Origin: Octopus vulgaris
Lineage: Eukaryota
Reading direction: 5' to 3'
DNA: 64,000 nucleotides
Assembly: GCA_951406725.2 (NCBI GenBank)
Contig: OX597828.1
Span: 70,122,001-70,186,000 of the forward strand
Below are positions 1 through 13,694 of this stretch, piece after piece. Below the pieces are notes generated by a model. The model searched no databases. It was not told the origin of the DNA and saw only the letters and a program-made list of their open reading frames with translations. A program made the translations under genes and the position numbers. How positions within the stretch are numbered: position 1 is the first letter of the stretch; each line of letters opens with the position of its first letter.

Positions 1-19
1 TAGTTCTGAGCAGTTTATA

Positions 20-640
20 TTACTGCTTACAATTTTAATCCTCTAACGTATCCGGTCTCACAGAAGAAATCGAAGGGTTTCAAGGAACGTTCACTGGTAA
101 AATACCTTCAGTTAAAAGTCTTATTTACCGAGAATGTCTGAAAGCGCTGAGTCTCTTGACACCAAAGAGAAATATATACTATCACATTCATATGGAAAAT
201 TGTTGGGGGACATATGGCGTAGTGGTTAAGAGCGCGGGCTACTAACCCCAAGATTCCAAGTTTGATTCCAAGCAGTCACCTGAACACTAACAACAGCAAC
301 AATAACAACAACAACAACAATAACATCGAAAATACCTTAGGAATTAGAACACAAGTTTGAAATTTCCCCAAGACACCTGAAGAAGGCTGGAGAGTATATT
401 AGCTGAAACTTTGCGTTAACAACAAACAAGATGAAGACAAATATCCATCGAATGTAAGTAATGTATATAATTCCTCATCTCTTAAATATAGAAATGTGGA
501 GGGATATGTTCCAAACTTCGGCACTGGAGAGAGTTTTAATGCACAAACATTTATATACTCTAAGCTTGCAAATATACTATGTTCAAAATCATGGGCTAAA
601 CTACTCTATTGTAACAATCTGACATTTAGAGTTCCATCAA
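20..640 (+). mobile_element. Highly degenerate Penelope-like GIY-YIG endonuclease relic, interrupted by a SINE
   Basis: Broken-frame fragments 'GLTE' and 'FKER' (55-90) recall the YIGLTE..FKER motif of PLE GIY-YIG domains. Similar sequence resumes after the SINE at about 495. Confidence 0.35.
206..494 (+). mobile_element. tRNA-headed SINE with (AAC)n linker and hammerhead-like tail (copy 1)
   Basis: Box A-like TGGCGTAGTGG and degenerate box B AGTTTGATTC. A CTGAAGA..GAAAC core lies at 377-409. Homologous to 8118-8509 on the minus strand. Confidence 0.75.
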
Positions 641-899
641 CTATTCAACTACCTATCTAAATTAAAAGAAATATAAAAGCGACTTCTACTGAAACATTAA
701 AAAACCCCTCCAAAAACTCATTAGATGAACTCTTAACGATACCTTAAAAGTCAATCATTCAATGATGGTGCATTCAGAGGCGAACAGCTGCGAGAAAACT
801 CAATCATAGACCTTCCAGTCAAGAAGCAACTACAAAACCTAATTGAAAATACATTAAGGTGGTGCTCCAGAATGGCTGCAGTACTATCATTACTTCCTA

Positions 900-1303
900 A
901 AAAACTTGTAGGGAACTTATTGGAAAGTTCCTCGAATAACCTAACTTCCTGGAAAATCAGTCGGAAACTTCCTGGAAAGTCCCGAGGATTCCATGGAAAG
1001 TTCCGAGGATTCCCCAACTTCACAGAAAATCGATCGGAAAATTCCCGGAAATGTCCGATGAGACCATGGAAAGTTCCGAGGATTTCACAACTTCCTGGAA
1101 AATCAACCGGTAAGTTCCGATTATTTCCGAGAAAGTTCCGATGTTCCATGGAAAGCTCCGAGGATATCCAAACTTCCTGGAAAATCGGCCGTAAATCTCC
1201 AAAGATTTCCTGGAATGTTCCGAGGATTTCCCAACTTCCTGGAAAATCGACGGTATGATCCGAGGATTTCCTGGAAAGTTCCAAGGAATTCCTGGAATTC
1301 TCA
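900..1303. repeat. Complex minisatellite, ~62-82 bp period built from ~10 bp TTCC-NN-GGAA/TTCCGAGGAT subunits
   Basis: An (AA)CTTCCTGGAAAATC-type anchor recurs near 945, 1018, 1091, 1173 and 1235. Confidence 0.85.
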
Positions 1304-1325
1304 GTTTTATATATATATACATATA

Positions 1326-1375
<50 letters not shown>

Positions 1376-1471
1376 CACACACACACACATATATATATAC
1401 ACAAATATAAACCAGGCATATTTCCATAAACATAAATCTGTGTGCATGTGTATACTATATCTATATCTATG

Positions 1472-1523
<52 letters not shown>

Positions 1524-1760
1524 ACAGTGTGTGTGTGTGTGTATCTGTATATATATGTATACTTCTAAATGTGTATGTATATATATATATATATGTCTGT
1601 GTGTTATGTCATGCTTTGTATATTAAAAAACAAGCTATAAATGTGGTCCAATCGTTGTGTTTGTTAATCTGAGGTTTTCTCCATTTTCCGATTATATATA
1701 TATACACATATGCATACATACATATATGCATATATACATGTATACTCACACACTCACACA

Positions 1761-1799
<39 letters not shown>

Positions 1800-1974
1800 A
1801 CATACATATGTATGAGAGAGAAGAGAGAGAGAGAGAGAAAGAGAGTGAGGGAGAGGAAAGTGAGTGATGTCTAAGTATTTAACATACATGCAGTTGTGCT
1901 AGACAGTGATTAAAGCATTATCTGATACATAAAACTCTATGAAATGTTTGGGTGCCAATATGAACATACATCCA

Positions 1975-2262
1975 TATGTATCATTACCGACATCGTCATC
2001 ATCATCGTCATCATCGTCGTCGTCGTTGTCGTCATTGTCATCATCATCATCGACATCATCGTCATCATCATCATCATTGTCGTCATCATCATCATCATCG
2101 TCATCATCATCATCATCATCGTCATCATCATCATCATCATCATCATCATCACCATTGTTGTCGTCATCGTCATCATCATTATCGACAACATCATCATCAT
2201 TGTCGTTGTCATCATTGACATCATCATCGCTGTCGTCATCGTCATCGTCATCATCATCATAA
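1975..2262. repeat. Imperfect (TCA/TCG)n trinucleotide microsatellite
   Basis: Direct reading. It is the source of the poly-S/poly-D/poly-H pseudo-ORFs. Confidence 0.95.
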
Positions 2263-2656
2263 TTTTCCACTTTTCCATGATGCCTTCAAGGGTTGGATGG
2301 AATTTACTTAGACAGATTGTCTATGACCAGATGCCTTACTTCTTTCCAGGCAAAGTAATATTTCCACCATGGCTGGACATGGTTTTGCAAAATATTGCAA
2401 ATGAATGACATTCATTTGCAACAGCGATGTGATGCCAAGACCACACGATGCAAAGGTACATACGTTCACACACACATGCACGCACACACACACACACACA
2501 CTCACATGCACACATACACATTCACACATGTACTCAAACAAACACACACACAAATACACACTCACAAATTCACACACACACACACACACCCACACAAGCA
2601 AACACTCACATGCACACACACACACACACACAAGCAAACACTCACATACACACATG

Positions 2657-2689
<33 letters not shown>

Positions 2690-3634
2690 CCATGATATAA
2701 GGATCCGTGATCATCACCAGTAGAAGTTGACAGAGATGGGATTAGAACCAGCATGTTGTGGACAACAGTTCTCCCTACCATCTCACTTCATGTGCCAGGC
2801 CTGTTTTACAGGATCTGTCACTATGTCAAAGTGGTAATCTTATCCATGGACAGGTCCTATTCAGATGAACCTTGTCCAATTCAATCTCTATGCAATCTGG
2901 GGAGGGGCCCTTTGCCTTCCTCTGCCACCATTAAATACATCACAGGAACTTCAGCCATCCACGACTAGACTTGAGATGAATACTGAAGTGGTTTCCCATT
3001 GCCTTCTGTGGGCAGGTGGGATTTTAACTCAGAATGTAGAAAGCTACAAGATACATCTAGACTTGACAAGAACACAGATTCTTCTTGGGAGAGACACAGC
3101 TGTGGTTTCCTTTGGCCTTTTGTCTATTCTGAAATTCTCCTGCTCTCTGGAGCTTCCCGTTGAGTCACGGGATCTGTTTAATTCTTTGACAGGGCTGAAG
3201 CTAGTTTACATGATATCAGGACGTGTCTACATATTGGTGGCACCGATTGAGGAACAGATGTCAAAGAGACAGCCTTCAACCGAGTTTTCACATACCTAAA
3301 CCACAGGACCCTCTTTTGCTGTTTGACTCATAAATTTGGCCTTCGACAGGTATTAGTACTCAAGGCTAGACTGAATCTTGGAGAAGAGTTGACCAAGGGA
3401 TAACCCTGCACTCACCAAAACTTCTAGAGTCACTCTGAACCTGGAGCCTCACTCCAAGACTCAGTTAAATGTCTTGCACAAAGTTCTTTATTCAGAAAAC
3501 TCAAATCCCAACCACCTCTATAATTTGGCAACGGTGAAAAACAGAATTTATGTACCATAAAGCACAGATGAGGAGAGGCTGGTAAAAAAGTTAAATTTGC
3601 ATTCTTCAGTTTGGCTTTTGTGCTGATCCTCATC

Positions 3635-4057
3635 ACAAATTTTTGGGTAAAGACCAAAAGAGTGCAATTGTTAAGACAAGCAACTGAAATAGGATTCCTT
3701 CAAAGAATCTTTGGAATGATATTACTCAACAGGCTGAGTAACTCAGTGATAATGGGATCTTTCCAGATTGAGCCATTACTTCTTTTGCATTAAGGGGTCA
3801 CAACCCTGGTGCTACGAATTTGTGATTAGAATGCCATAGGAAAGAATTGCAAATGGATTGTTCAAGTTACGCTAACAAGCAAGAGACCTAGGAATAGACG
3901 AAGAATAGGACGGTTGGATAATATAAATAACCTCTGTTGGTTGTGCTTTGGAATCCAACTGGAAAGTGTAATGGCAGCTGCTTCTGATAGGGCCCTGTGG
4001 AAGCCTGAAGACTCTATCCCCGCTACCCTCCCAGGAATACTGAGAAAATGGATGGAT
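3635..4057 (+). mobile_element. Degenerate 3' end of an RTE-clade LINE
   Basis: QATEIGFLQRIFG..LLNRLSNSVI..IEPLLLH followed by a KRPR..R..R.DNI-like segment with stops, and a (GGAT)n tail. Confidence 0.7.
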
Positions 4058-4697
4058 GTATCATAGAAAACATGTCTTTCTACCCATTATTCCAACCTCA
4101 CCACCATACCACCCTTCCATGGAATCCACCCATCAATATGTTTCTAACCAAAGCAGAATCCTCTGCAGGAATCTGCTAAGATGTTCCATATTCTCTGTGA
4201 ATGGTATTAAAGTCAATCCGATGTTTACTGTAAAGATTTACCTCAAGCTTAATCCTTCTTCTTCGTTTAATCTTCATCACAGAAATCAATAGAATAACAG
4301 CAACCAGCTTCGGTTCTTGATGAGTTTTAACTGATGACAAACAGCTTTGGCAGTCGGCTATGGGTTGGAGATCACTTACTCTCCGTATGCACACACGTCT
4401 GTGTGTCTGTGTTTATACACATCTCTATCCTTGTGTTTAAGTTTGCATGTGTATCTGTGTGTGTGTGACAGATTATTTGTGTCTCTATGAATATGTGTCT
4501 CTATGAATATGTGTATATGTACGTTACTTTGTGCGTGTGTGTGTGTGTGTATGTGTATGTGCTGGTTTGTATGTGTATATGTGTATGTGTTTCTTTATAT
4601 GTGTGTATATGTATATGTGAATAGATGCGTGTATGCCTGTGTCTGTGTGAGTGTGTCTGTGCATGTCTGTGTGTGTTTGCTTGTATGTCTGATGGTG

Positions 4698-4771
<74 letters not shown>

Positions 4772-5009
4772 TATATCGGACTTTATGTGTCTGTGAATAT
4801 GTGTGCATGTGTACATGTTGCTTTTTCTTTCACACTTTCTTTTTCTGTGCATGTGTTTGTGTGTGTGTGTGTGTGTGAGTGTGTGTGTATGTGTATCTGT
4901 CTGTCTGTCTGCTTGTCTATTTATATTTATGAGTATGTGTTTGTGCTTGTCTGTGTGTTTGACAGTGTATGTATTTGCATCCATGACTATGTGTGTGTAC
5001 ATGTAATTC

Positions 5010-5041
<32 letters not shown>

Positions 5042-5711
5042 GAGTATGTAAGCATGTCTGTGTATATGTGTGGAATAGGCACAGGCGTGGCTGTGTGGTA
5101 AGAAGCTTGCTTCCACACGATATGGTTCCAGGTTCATATGCATGTATGTGTGTGAGAAAGAGAGAGAGAGAGACTGTTTATATGTATCTGTATATGAGTG
5201 TGTATGTATGAGTGTGTGTGTAGATGAATATGTGTGTGTTTCTGTGTGTGTATGTGCACCTATGCAATCTATGTATGTATGTGATTGTGTGATCATGTAT
5301 AAGTTTATTTGCATATAACTGTGTAGGTCTGTGTGTGTATCCGTGTATGTGGTTGTAAATGTGTGCACATTTGTGTGTGTGTGTGCATGTTTACGTGCAT
5401 GTATGTGTATGGGTGTGTTTGTGGCATTGTATGTATCTATGTGTCTGTCATTGTGTATACGTGTGTACAAGTTACTCTGTGTGTGTTTGTATGTATGAAA
5501 CAATAAATATAGGTGTGTGTGTGTGTGTTTCTGAGTGAATGTGTGTAGCTGTTTATATATACATACATATGTGTATGAGCCTGTCTATGCATGTATAAAC
5601 ACACGTGTATATATTACGCACAGTTATAGTGGCAATAAGCTACTGTTCCTTACTTGTTATGTTGCTATAAAGGATATGTTAATTTTAGCTATTCTATAAA
5701 CTCAGACTTCA

Positions 5712-5970
5712 GCCTGTACTGCCAGACATTACTCACTCTTGCCTCTGACCCACCTCTATTTCCCCCATCCTCTACTGCCAGCCATCACTCACCCTCACCT
5801 CTATTTCCCCCATCCTCTACTGTCAGCCATCACTCACTCTCACCTCTATTCCTCCCATCAACTATCCTCTACTGCCAGCCATCACTCACTCTCACCTCTG
5901 ACCCACCTCTCTTACCCCCTCCCCCCACATCAACTATCCTTTGCTGCCAGCCATCACTCACTCTCTCCCC
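5712..5970. repeat. Pyrimidine-rich tandem repeat, ~50-65 bp unit
   Basis: CTGCCAGCCATCACTCAC(T/C)CTC recurs about 5 times. Confidence 0.8.
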
Positions 5971-7474
5971 TTGGCTCCCAATAATTTCTTCTACCAATGT
6001 CTGATGCCTTTGTCAACTTCTGCCACTGACCATTGTCCTTTCTCATCTCCTTCCCACTATAACTCTGTCCCTCCCATATACTCCGGCCCCTTTCACTTGC
6101 CCTCTTTAACTTTCCAGCTGCCATCACTTTCTCCTCTGAATCAAGAGTGTACTGAATTGCATGGCCCCTTCTTCCCTGTTTCGCTGTAAAGTGGTTGGCA
6201 ATAGGAAGGGCATCGTACAGTAGAAACCGAGTGGATTGACTTGAATTGGCACCAGTCTATGGCAGTAGTTGTGGTTTCCAGTATGAAATTACTTGGATCA
6301 GGATGACCTGTCTGACTGGACCAGCAGTGAAAGTGGACAGAAAACAATAGCTTAGGTTACAAATATTATGTATCTATTATCCAATACCATTGCTGAAGAT
6401 AGTGTGTTTTTAAGATAGCATGTTTGCACAAATACACACACACACACACACACAAACTCACATCCACCCACACACACATATACACATATATATTCATATC
6501 TCTATTATATTCTTGCACTATATACACACACCTATGCATACACACACACAAAACATACATGTACATATATATATCTTCATACAAATACACACACACATAC
6601 ACCAACAGACATGTGTATATTCTTAAATCTATATTATTTTCAATAAATTCATATCAATTTAAGCCCAATATGTCAAGCTAAATTGATGAATGTTATAAAA
6701 ATGGTTCTGTGGAATCGGAAAAAACCATTTCAATGACAAAATGACAAAAACATAATTAGAGAAATCACGTCCAGTTGTAGACTTATTGGCCAGAGATTAG
6801 TTTTCAGTCTGACATTAACCAACGTCTCTGTTTAAACATGGTGATTAATTTATGAAGTTAATCTAAATGCAGACGTGACTAAATGCAGACGTAAGAAGCT
6901 TGCTTCTAAACCACATGGTCTTGGGTTCAATCCTACAGCATGGCACCTTCAGCAAATGTCTTCTACTATAGCCCCAGACTGACTCAAAGCCTTCCAAGTG
7001 GCTTTGGTAGATTGGAAACTGTGTGGAAGCAAATCCTACGTATCCTTATAATGTGTGTAATGCAGGATAGGCAAGGACGGACCCCTCTACCACCTCTTCT
7101 CTAACCCTGTCTCACTGTAAAGGGGTTGGCAAAAGGAAGAGCATCCTGCAATAGAAACCTAGTCAAATGACTTGTAGAGGCATCAGGCTATGGAAGTAGG
7201 GGCCATTTCCAATACGAATATAAATTTGACCATTCTGTCTCATTGCGCTTTTCGGTCTACATGATAGGTGAATAGTTCAGTTTGCAATAAATGATGCTCT
7301 ACATTTTGGATTACATCCTCTCTCTCTTCTCTCTCTTCTCTCTCTTCTCTTTTCCCATGCAAAATTTTTGTGCTAAAATACACATACACACACACACACT
7401 CACACACACATATATATATATATACACAGACAAAGGCACATATACATACATACATACATACATAATATATATAC

Positions 7475-7533
<59 letters not shown>

Positions 7534-8117
7534 GACAGACATACATAGATACATGCATACAGACATACATATATGTGTGTGTGTCTGTATGTATGTGTGT
7601 ATGTATGTTTGTATGCATGTATGTATGTATGTGTGTATGTATGTGTGTATGCATGTATCTATGTATGTCTGTCTGTGTGTATATATATCATGATGATGAT
7701 GATGATGATGATGATGATATATATACACACAGACAGACATACATAGATACATGCATACAGACATACATATATGTGTGTGTGTCTGTATGTATGTGTGTAT
7801 GTATGTTTGTATGTTTGTATGCATGTTTATCAGTATGTAAGAAGAAAGAAAACATGGAAACGAATTTAAATAATTACTTTGTTTACCATAAATTGTCTTC
7901 AATTGTTGAGCCTAGAGACACGCTTACGATCGTTTCCTTTACACAAGATTTCAAACACATCGGAAAATTACTCAGTGCTGCTTTTAACATATTACAATCA
8001 TTTTACGCAGTGATATTTTTTTTTAAACATGATGCACTTAGCTTTGTGGTTAAATAAGCCTGCTTCCCAGTTACGTGCTTCCAGGTTCAATCTCACCGAG
8101 TGGCAACTTCAATGAGT

Positions 8118-8310
8118 GTTCAATTCCATATTTAAGAGATGAGGAATTATTTACACTATTTACATTATTTACATTATTTACATTTGACGGATATTTCTCC
8201 CCATCTTGTTTGTTGTTAACACAACGTTTCAGCTGATATACCCTCCAGCCTTCATCAGGTGTCTTGGGGAAATTTCAAACCTGGGTTCTCATTCCTAAGA
8301 TATTTTCCGA

Positions 8311-8362
<52 letters not shown>

Positions 8363-8509
8363 GTTATTATTATTATTGTTATTATTATTACTGTTATTAT
8401 TATTATTATTATTATTATTCAGGTCACTGCCTGGAATCGAACTCGAAATCTTGGGGTTAGTAGCCTGTGCTCTTAACCACTACGCTATATGCCTGTGGGA
8501 ATATGTAAA
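8118..8509 (-). mobile_element. tRNA-headed SINE with (AAT)n linker and hammerhead-ribozyme tail (copy 2), nested in an older SINE
   Basis: Minus strand box A TAGCGTAGTGG and box B GAGTTCGATTC. A 10 bp direct repeat TTCAATGAGT at 8108-8117 and 8510-8519 is the likely TSD. Confidence 0.8.
8218..8263 (-). ncRNA. Minimal type I hammerhead ribozyme motif (Penelope-type)
   Basis: GACAC-CUGAUGA-A-GGCUG(loop)CAGCU-GAAAC-GUU-GUGUU: stem I GACAC/GUGUU, stem II GGCUG/CAGCU, palindromic stem III ACGU. Confidence 0.7.
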
Positions 8510-8891
8510 TTCAATGAGTACCTTCTTATAGCATGGCTTCTGATCAATCAAAGCTCTGTGAGTGAATCTCGAAGACAGAAGGATTAGGGTTAGGGTTAGA
8601 GAGAGAGAGAGAGAGAGAGAGAGCTATATACATACATACATGCAAACGTACATACAACTGCTTCATACATACATGTATATATACTTATGAATATATGTGT
8701 ATATCTATAGCTATTTATGTACATATGTGTGTGCGTTTATTCTTATTTTTCTTTTATTTGTTTCAGTCATTTCATTGCAGCCATGCTGGAGCACCGCCTT
8801 CAGTTGAGCAAATTGACCCCAGGGCTTATTCTTTGTAAGCCTAGCGTGCTGAATCCCACAAGTGGATTCCTTATGTGTTTAAATATCTATA

Positions 8892-8993
<102 letters not shown>

Positions 8994-9392
8994 TATCTTT
9001 TAGGCTTTTATTTGTTTCAGTCATTACACTCTGGCCAGGCTGGGGCACTACCTTGAAGAAAGTTTTAGTCAAATGAATCAACCCCCACCCACTACTTATT
9101 ATATTCATCCCTTTTTTACTGAACCACTAAATTACAGGGACATAAACAAACCAAGTGATTGTCAAACTGTGATGGGGGGGCTAACACAGAGACAAAGTCA
9201 CACACACATCAGGCTTCTTTCAGTTTCCATCTGCTGAATATATTCACAAGGCTTTAGTCAGGTTGAGAAAAGAGACCTGCTGAAGGCGCCAAATTGTCGG
9301 ACTGAACCATTTGGTTAGGAAGCAAGCTTGTTACAACACACCTATCCCTACACCTACAAACACACACACACACACGCACACACACACACACA

Positions 9393-9424
<32 letters not shown>

Positions 9425-9828
9425 CACGCATGCACGCACACACACACACACACACACATTCTAATGTCCACTTTCCTATGTTTACATGAGCAAGACAGTG
9501 TTTATTAAAGCCGACTTTCTATGGTCAGATGTCTTTCCTGTCAACAAGCTTTTACTCATCTCCAAACAAGATAATATTTCCTTATGGCTAGACATGTTTC
9601 CACCAAATATTGGAAATGAATGACATTTAGCCAATAAGGCAAAAGTGATGAGTAGAATAAATACCAGACTTAAAAAAAATTGAAGAGAATTGGGGTCGAT
9701 TCATTTAGCTCAAATTCCTCAAGGTGGTGCCCCAGCATGGACATAGTCTAATGACTGAGACAAATAACAGATAACAAATATATATATATATATATATATA
9801 TTCACACACACACAAGTGCATATATATG

Positions 9829-9870
<42 letters not shown>

Positions 9871-9894
9871 CACACACACAAGTGCATATATATG

Positions 9895-9944
<50 letters not shown>

Positions 9945-9968
9945 AGTGCATATATATGTATATATATA

Positions 9969-10006
<38 letters not shown>

Positions 10007-10215
10007 TTGTGTGTCACACACACACACATGTGCATACGTGCAGATTTGCTAGTTTTAAAGATATCAGATCTGACCATGTAACTAATCGATCAAGCAAACA
10101 AACTGTATAAGAACAGAGGCACCTAATGTTTTGGTGGTTGGATACGTTGGCTTGGTTGACCAAAGAGCTAAGGCCAGCCCTGGCTGAGTGGCCGTTGGGG
10201 CATAAGCAGTGGCAC

Positions 10216-10256
<41 letters not shown>

Positions 10257-10456
10257 TATGATAATGATGATGATGATGATGATGATGATGGTAAGAAGTG
10301 TATTGGCAACGATATTGTTTTTATTTCACAGAAGTACCATACAGACGTAGACTCCAGAATACAATATGACGAAATACAATGCAATTACCATAATACAATA
10401 AGATGTAAATGGGTGAACATATGTTGCTATGTGCACACATATATATATATATATAC

Positions 10457-10507
<51 letters not shown>

Positions 10508-10633
10508 AACACATGCAGGCACCACGTATTTTTATATATATATACACACATATATATATATATATTTGTATATAAATTTGTATATGTATATTTTTATATG
10601 TGTATATATATATATATACACACATATATATGC

Positions 10634-10664
<31 letters not shown>

Positions 10665-10681
10665 TACATATGTATATATAA

Positions 10682-10726
<45 letters not shown>

Positions 10727-10776
10727 TATACATATGTATATATAAATATATAACACATATATACATATATATATAA

Positions 10777-10818
<42 letters not shown>

Positions 10819-10901
10819 ATATACTTATATATCTTCATACATAGACGCACATATATATACATAAATATATACATACATATGTAACATGTATGTATGTAAA
10901 A

Positions 10902-10935
<34 letters not shown>

Positions 10936-10954
10936 ATATACATATATACATATA

Positions 10955-10986
<32 letters not shown>

Positions 10987-10987
10987 A

Positions 10988-11033
<46 letters not shown>

Positions 11034-11530
11034 ATGTATGTATGTGTATCTATGAGTATGTATATGTATATATGTGTATACATGTATATGTGTATACATG
11101 TATATGTATGTATATATGCATATATGCTAACATATGCATGTATGCAAACACAGAGGCACACAGATGTAACACAAGTCGCTAGAATAAACATTAGTCTGCA
11201 CAAAACAACAACAAAAAACCAAAAAAACCACATGCAAAACACACAGTGCTTGTTTCAAATTAGCTTATCAGTTGCCTCGGTCGCCGTAGAGACGGGAATT
11301 TATGGAGATTATTGACTAAATAAACAGAGAAAAATCATGAATAAAGACAAAAGAATGAAGAGGAAAATGACAATTTCTCTCTCTTGTTCTCGAAGAATTT
11401 TTTTTTTTCTCTTGGAACTCTTTAAATGGTAACAACTTGACCTGCAGATATGGAGACATTGTTTAGAAGGAAGATGAAGACGGTTACGATTATCAATGGA
11501 ATATATAGACTCCAGCTGTATATATATGTA

Positions 11531-11596
<66 letters not shown>

Positions 11597-11735
11597 ACAC
11601 ACACACACACAAACATATATACATATATATATACATATGTGTGTATATATATATATACACACACATATATGTGTGTATATATATATATACATACACATAT
11701 GTATATATATGTATATATGTATATATATGCATGCA

Positions 11736-11781
<46 letters not shown>

Positions 11782-11789
11782 AAGTTAAT

Positions 11790-11990
11790 CCAAACAAGAA
11801 AACACAAAAAAAGACACAACAACGCGAGGACGGTGGAACAAATAAAGTATTATTGGACGCTCAGGAAAGAAGGGAAGAAGGAGGGTTTAACGTTTCGAGC
11901 AGAGCTCTTCGTCGGAAACATAGAAGAAGGAAAGATCCCAAGAAGGGAAGACAGAAGAAAAAAATCGCCAGCGGTACTCACGAGGTCACA
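11790..11990 (-). mobile_element. Penelope-like pseudo-LTR fragment containing a hammerhead motif (11885-11919)
   Basis: Minus strand GUUU-CCGACGA-A-GAGC(UCU)GCUC-GAAACGUU-AAAC. The core has C at the position of the conserved U4. Confidence 0.55.
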
Positions 11991-12013
11991 TATTGAAAAG
12001 GTACTCATGAGGT

Positions 12014-12071
<58 letters not shown>

Positions 12072-12249
12072 GAATGGATATAGTGACAGGCACCTTATAC
12101 AGATTTATACAGATGTTGACTGGATATTGAGGTAGTCACTGAGTGTATACAGATGATGGTTAGATATTACTGACACTTTGAGGTGAGACATTGACTGGAT
12201 TTATAGAGACAGGCATTGCGTGCAGATTATCCATTGTATGTTATAGACA

Positions 12250-12690
12250 AATGCTGCTGTTTGGTAAGAAACTTGCTTCCCAACCACAAAGGTCTGGGTT
12301 CAGTCCCACTGTGTGGCACCTTGGGCAAATGTCTTCTGCTATAACCCCAGGCTGACTAAAGCCATGTGAGTGGATTTGGTAGATGGAAACTGAAAGAAGC
12401 CCACCATATATATATAGACACACACATGTGTGAGTGTGTATGTGTGTGTGTGTGTCTGTTGGAGTGGTGGGGTCTTTATCTTTGTGTTTGTCTCCCACCA
12501 CCATATCATAACTGGTGTTGGTATGTTTACATCTGCATTAGTCGTTTGTCAAAAGAGATTGATGGAATAATTACAAGGTTTAAAGAAAAGTAAGTCTTGG
12601 TGTTGATTCATTTGACTAAAAATTCTTGAAGCCAGTGCTCCAGCAGTGCCATGGTCTCGTGACTGAAACAAGTAAAAAAAAATCAAAGAT
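12250..12690 (+). mobile_element. tRNA-derived SINE, family A (degenerate)
   Basis: Head GCTGTTTGGTAAG..GGGTTCAGTCCC, internal (TG)n, tail GACTGAAACAAGTAAAA. Confidence 0.8.
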
Positions 12691-13119
12691 TAAAGATATA
12701 AATGTTAGTTGATTGTCTCGACAGACATTCTATGGAATTCTTGACTATCATGGAGGTAATGGACTCCTTGTAGCCCCTTGAAGGGCTGAGTGAACCTGTT
12801 GAAGAATGGATCTCTCTTTCGCATAAACTCTGGCCAAAGAGATTTAAAGTTCAATGACAGACCCAGGGCCAAAGACCATTCCCTGCTTTCTTTCAGCCAT
12901 TCTAGACCTGTCTGTTAGTTTTTTTATGGCTCCATGCATCACAATATCACTTTTCGTCAAACAGGAACCTTGCTCCAACTACAGATCTTGCCTCTGGCCT
13001 ACAGTGGGTTGTCTCATACGAACTCCTTGTTGTCCTCTACGTTAATTGTTGCAGGAAGGAAATCAGCCTAGTGAGGTCCAGTTCAGGTTAATATTTGGAC
13101 AAGTGGACAGGTGGACAGG

Positions 13120-13568
13120 TGGACAGGCTGCTCCAATTCCCTCTCTCCACTGAGATAATCTACAAGACAGGTATTGTAGGCTATGATCATCTCAAGCAAT
13201 TTCGCATTTTATGAGGTACCCCTCCCATTTAGTTGGCGCCCTTGACTGGTAATTTGAAGGTGTGGAGATCTGTGTGTGGTGCTGGTGTAGAATGCTTTGA
13301 AACGGAATGCAGGAGACTGCCTGAAGAGAGAAGTTGCCATCATCATCAAAACCCCCACCATCCACCCACACACCCACACACATTCATGCAGGGTTGTTGC
13401 TTGAGGTCACATTCAGTGCCCTCACTGCCGCAGGATCTGCCTATCTCATATCGGTCTTGCCAGCCACATCTGCTTCCATGAGAAACAATCTACTGGAGAC
13501 AGAAGAGGATAAATGTCTTGGATTGATACCATCATCACCTTTAATAGGGTGTCAGAAGCCAAAAAAAC
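13120..13568 (+). mobile_element. Degenerate 3' end of an RTE-clade LINE with C-terminal C2H2 finger
   Basis: WRSVCGAGVECFETECRR followed by CPHCRRICLSHIGLASHICFH (about 13415-13480), and an A-rich tail. Confidence 0.7.
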
Positions 13569-13694
13569 CCCCCAAAAAACCAACAAATCAATGAGTTTTT
13601 TGTCAACTTTGTTTGTCATTCTTTAGTCAGAAAGTCACAAAAAATCTAGAGATAGACAAATGGCTTGTGAGAACCATGCAAGTCTTATAAAAAG

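Noticed and set aside
206-282. Possible tRNA gene (also 8418-8497)
   Set aside because: No clean cloverleaf or acceptor stem, no T-run terminator, and it continues into a repeated tail, so it is a SINE head.
751-1433. 222 aa, 128 aa and 137 aa ORFs
   Set aside because: Open only because they traverse the minisatellite and TA tract; no protein family signature.
1899-2408. Poly-Asp/poly-His/poly-Ser ORFs (also 53845-54670, 45549-46098)
   Set aside because: Trinucleotide microsatellites open in several frames; no convincing splice context.
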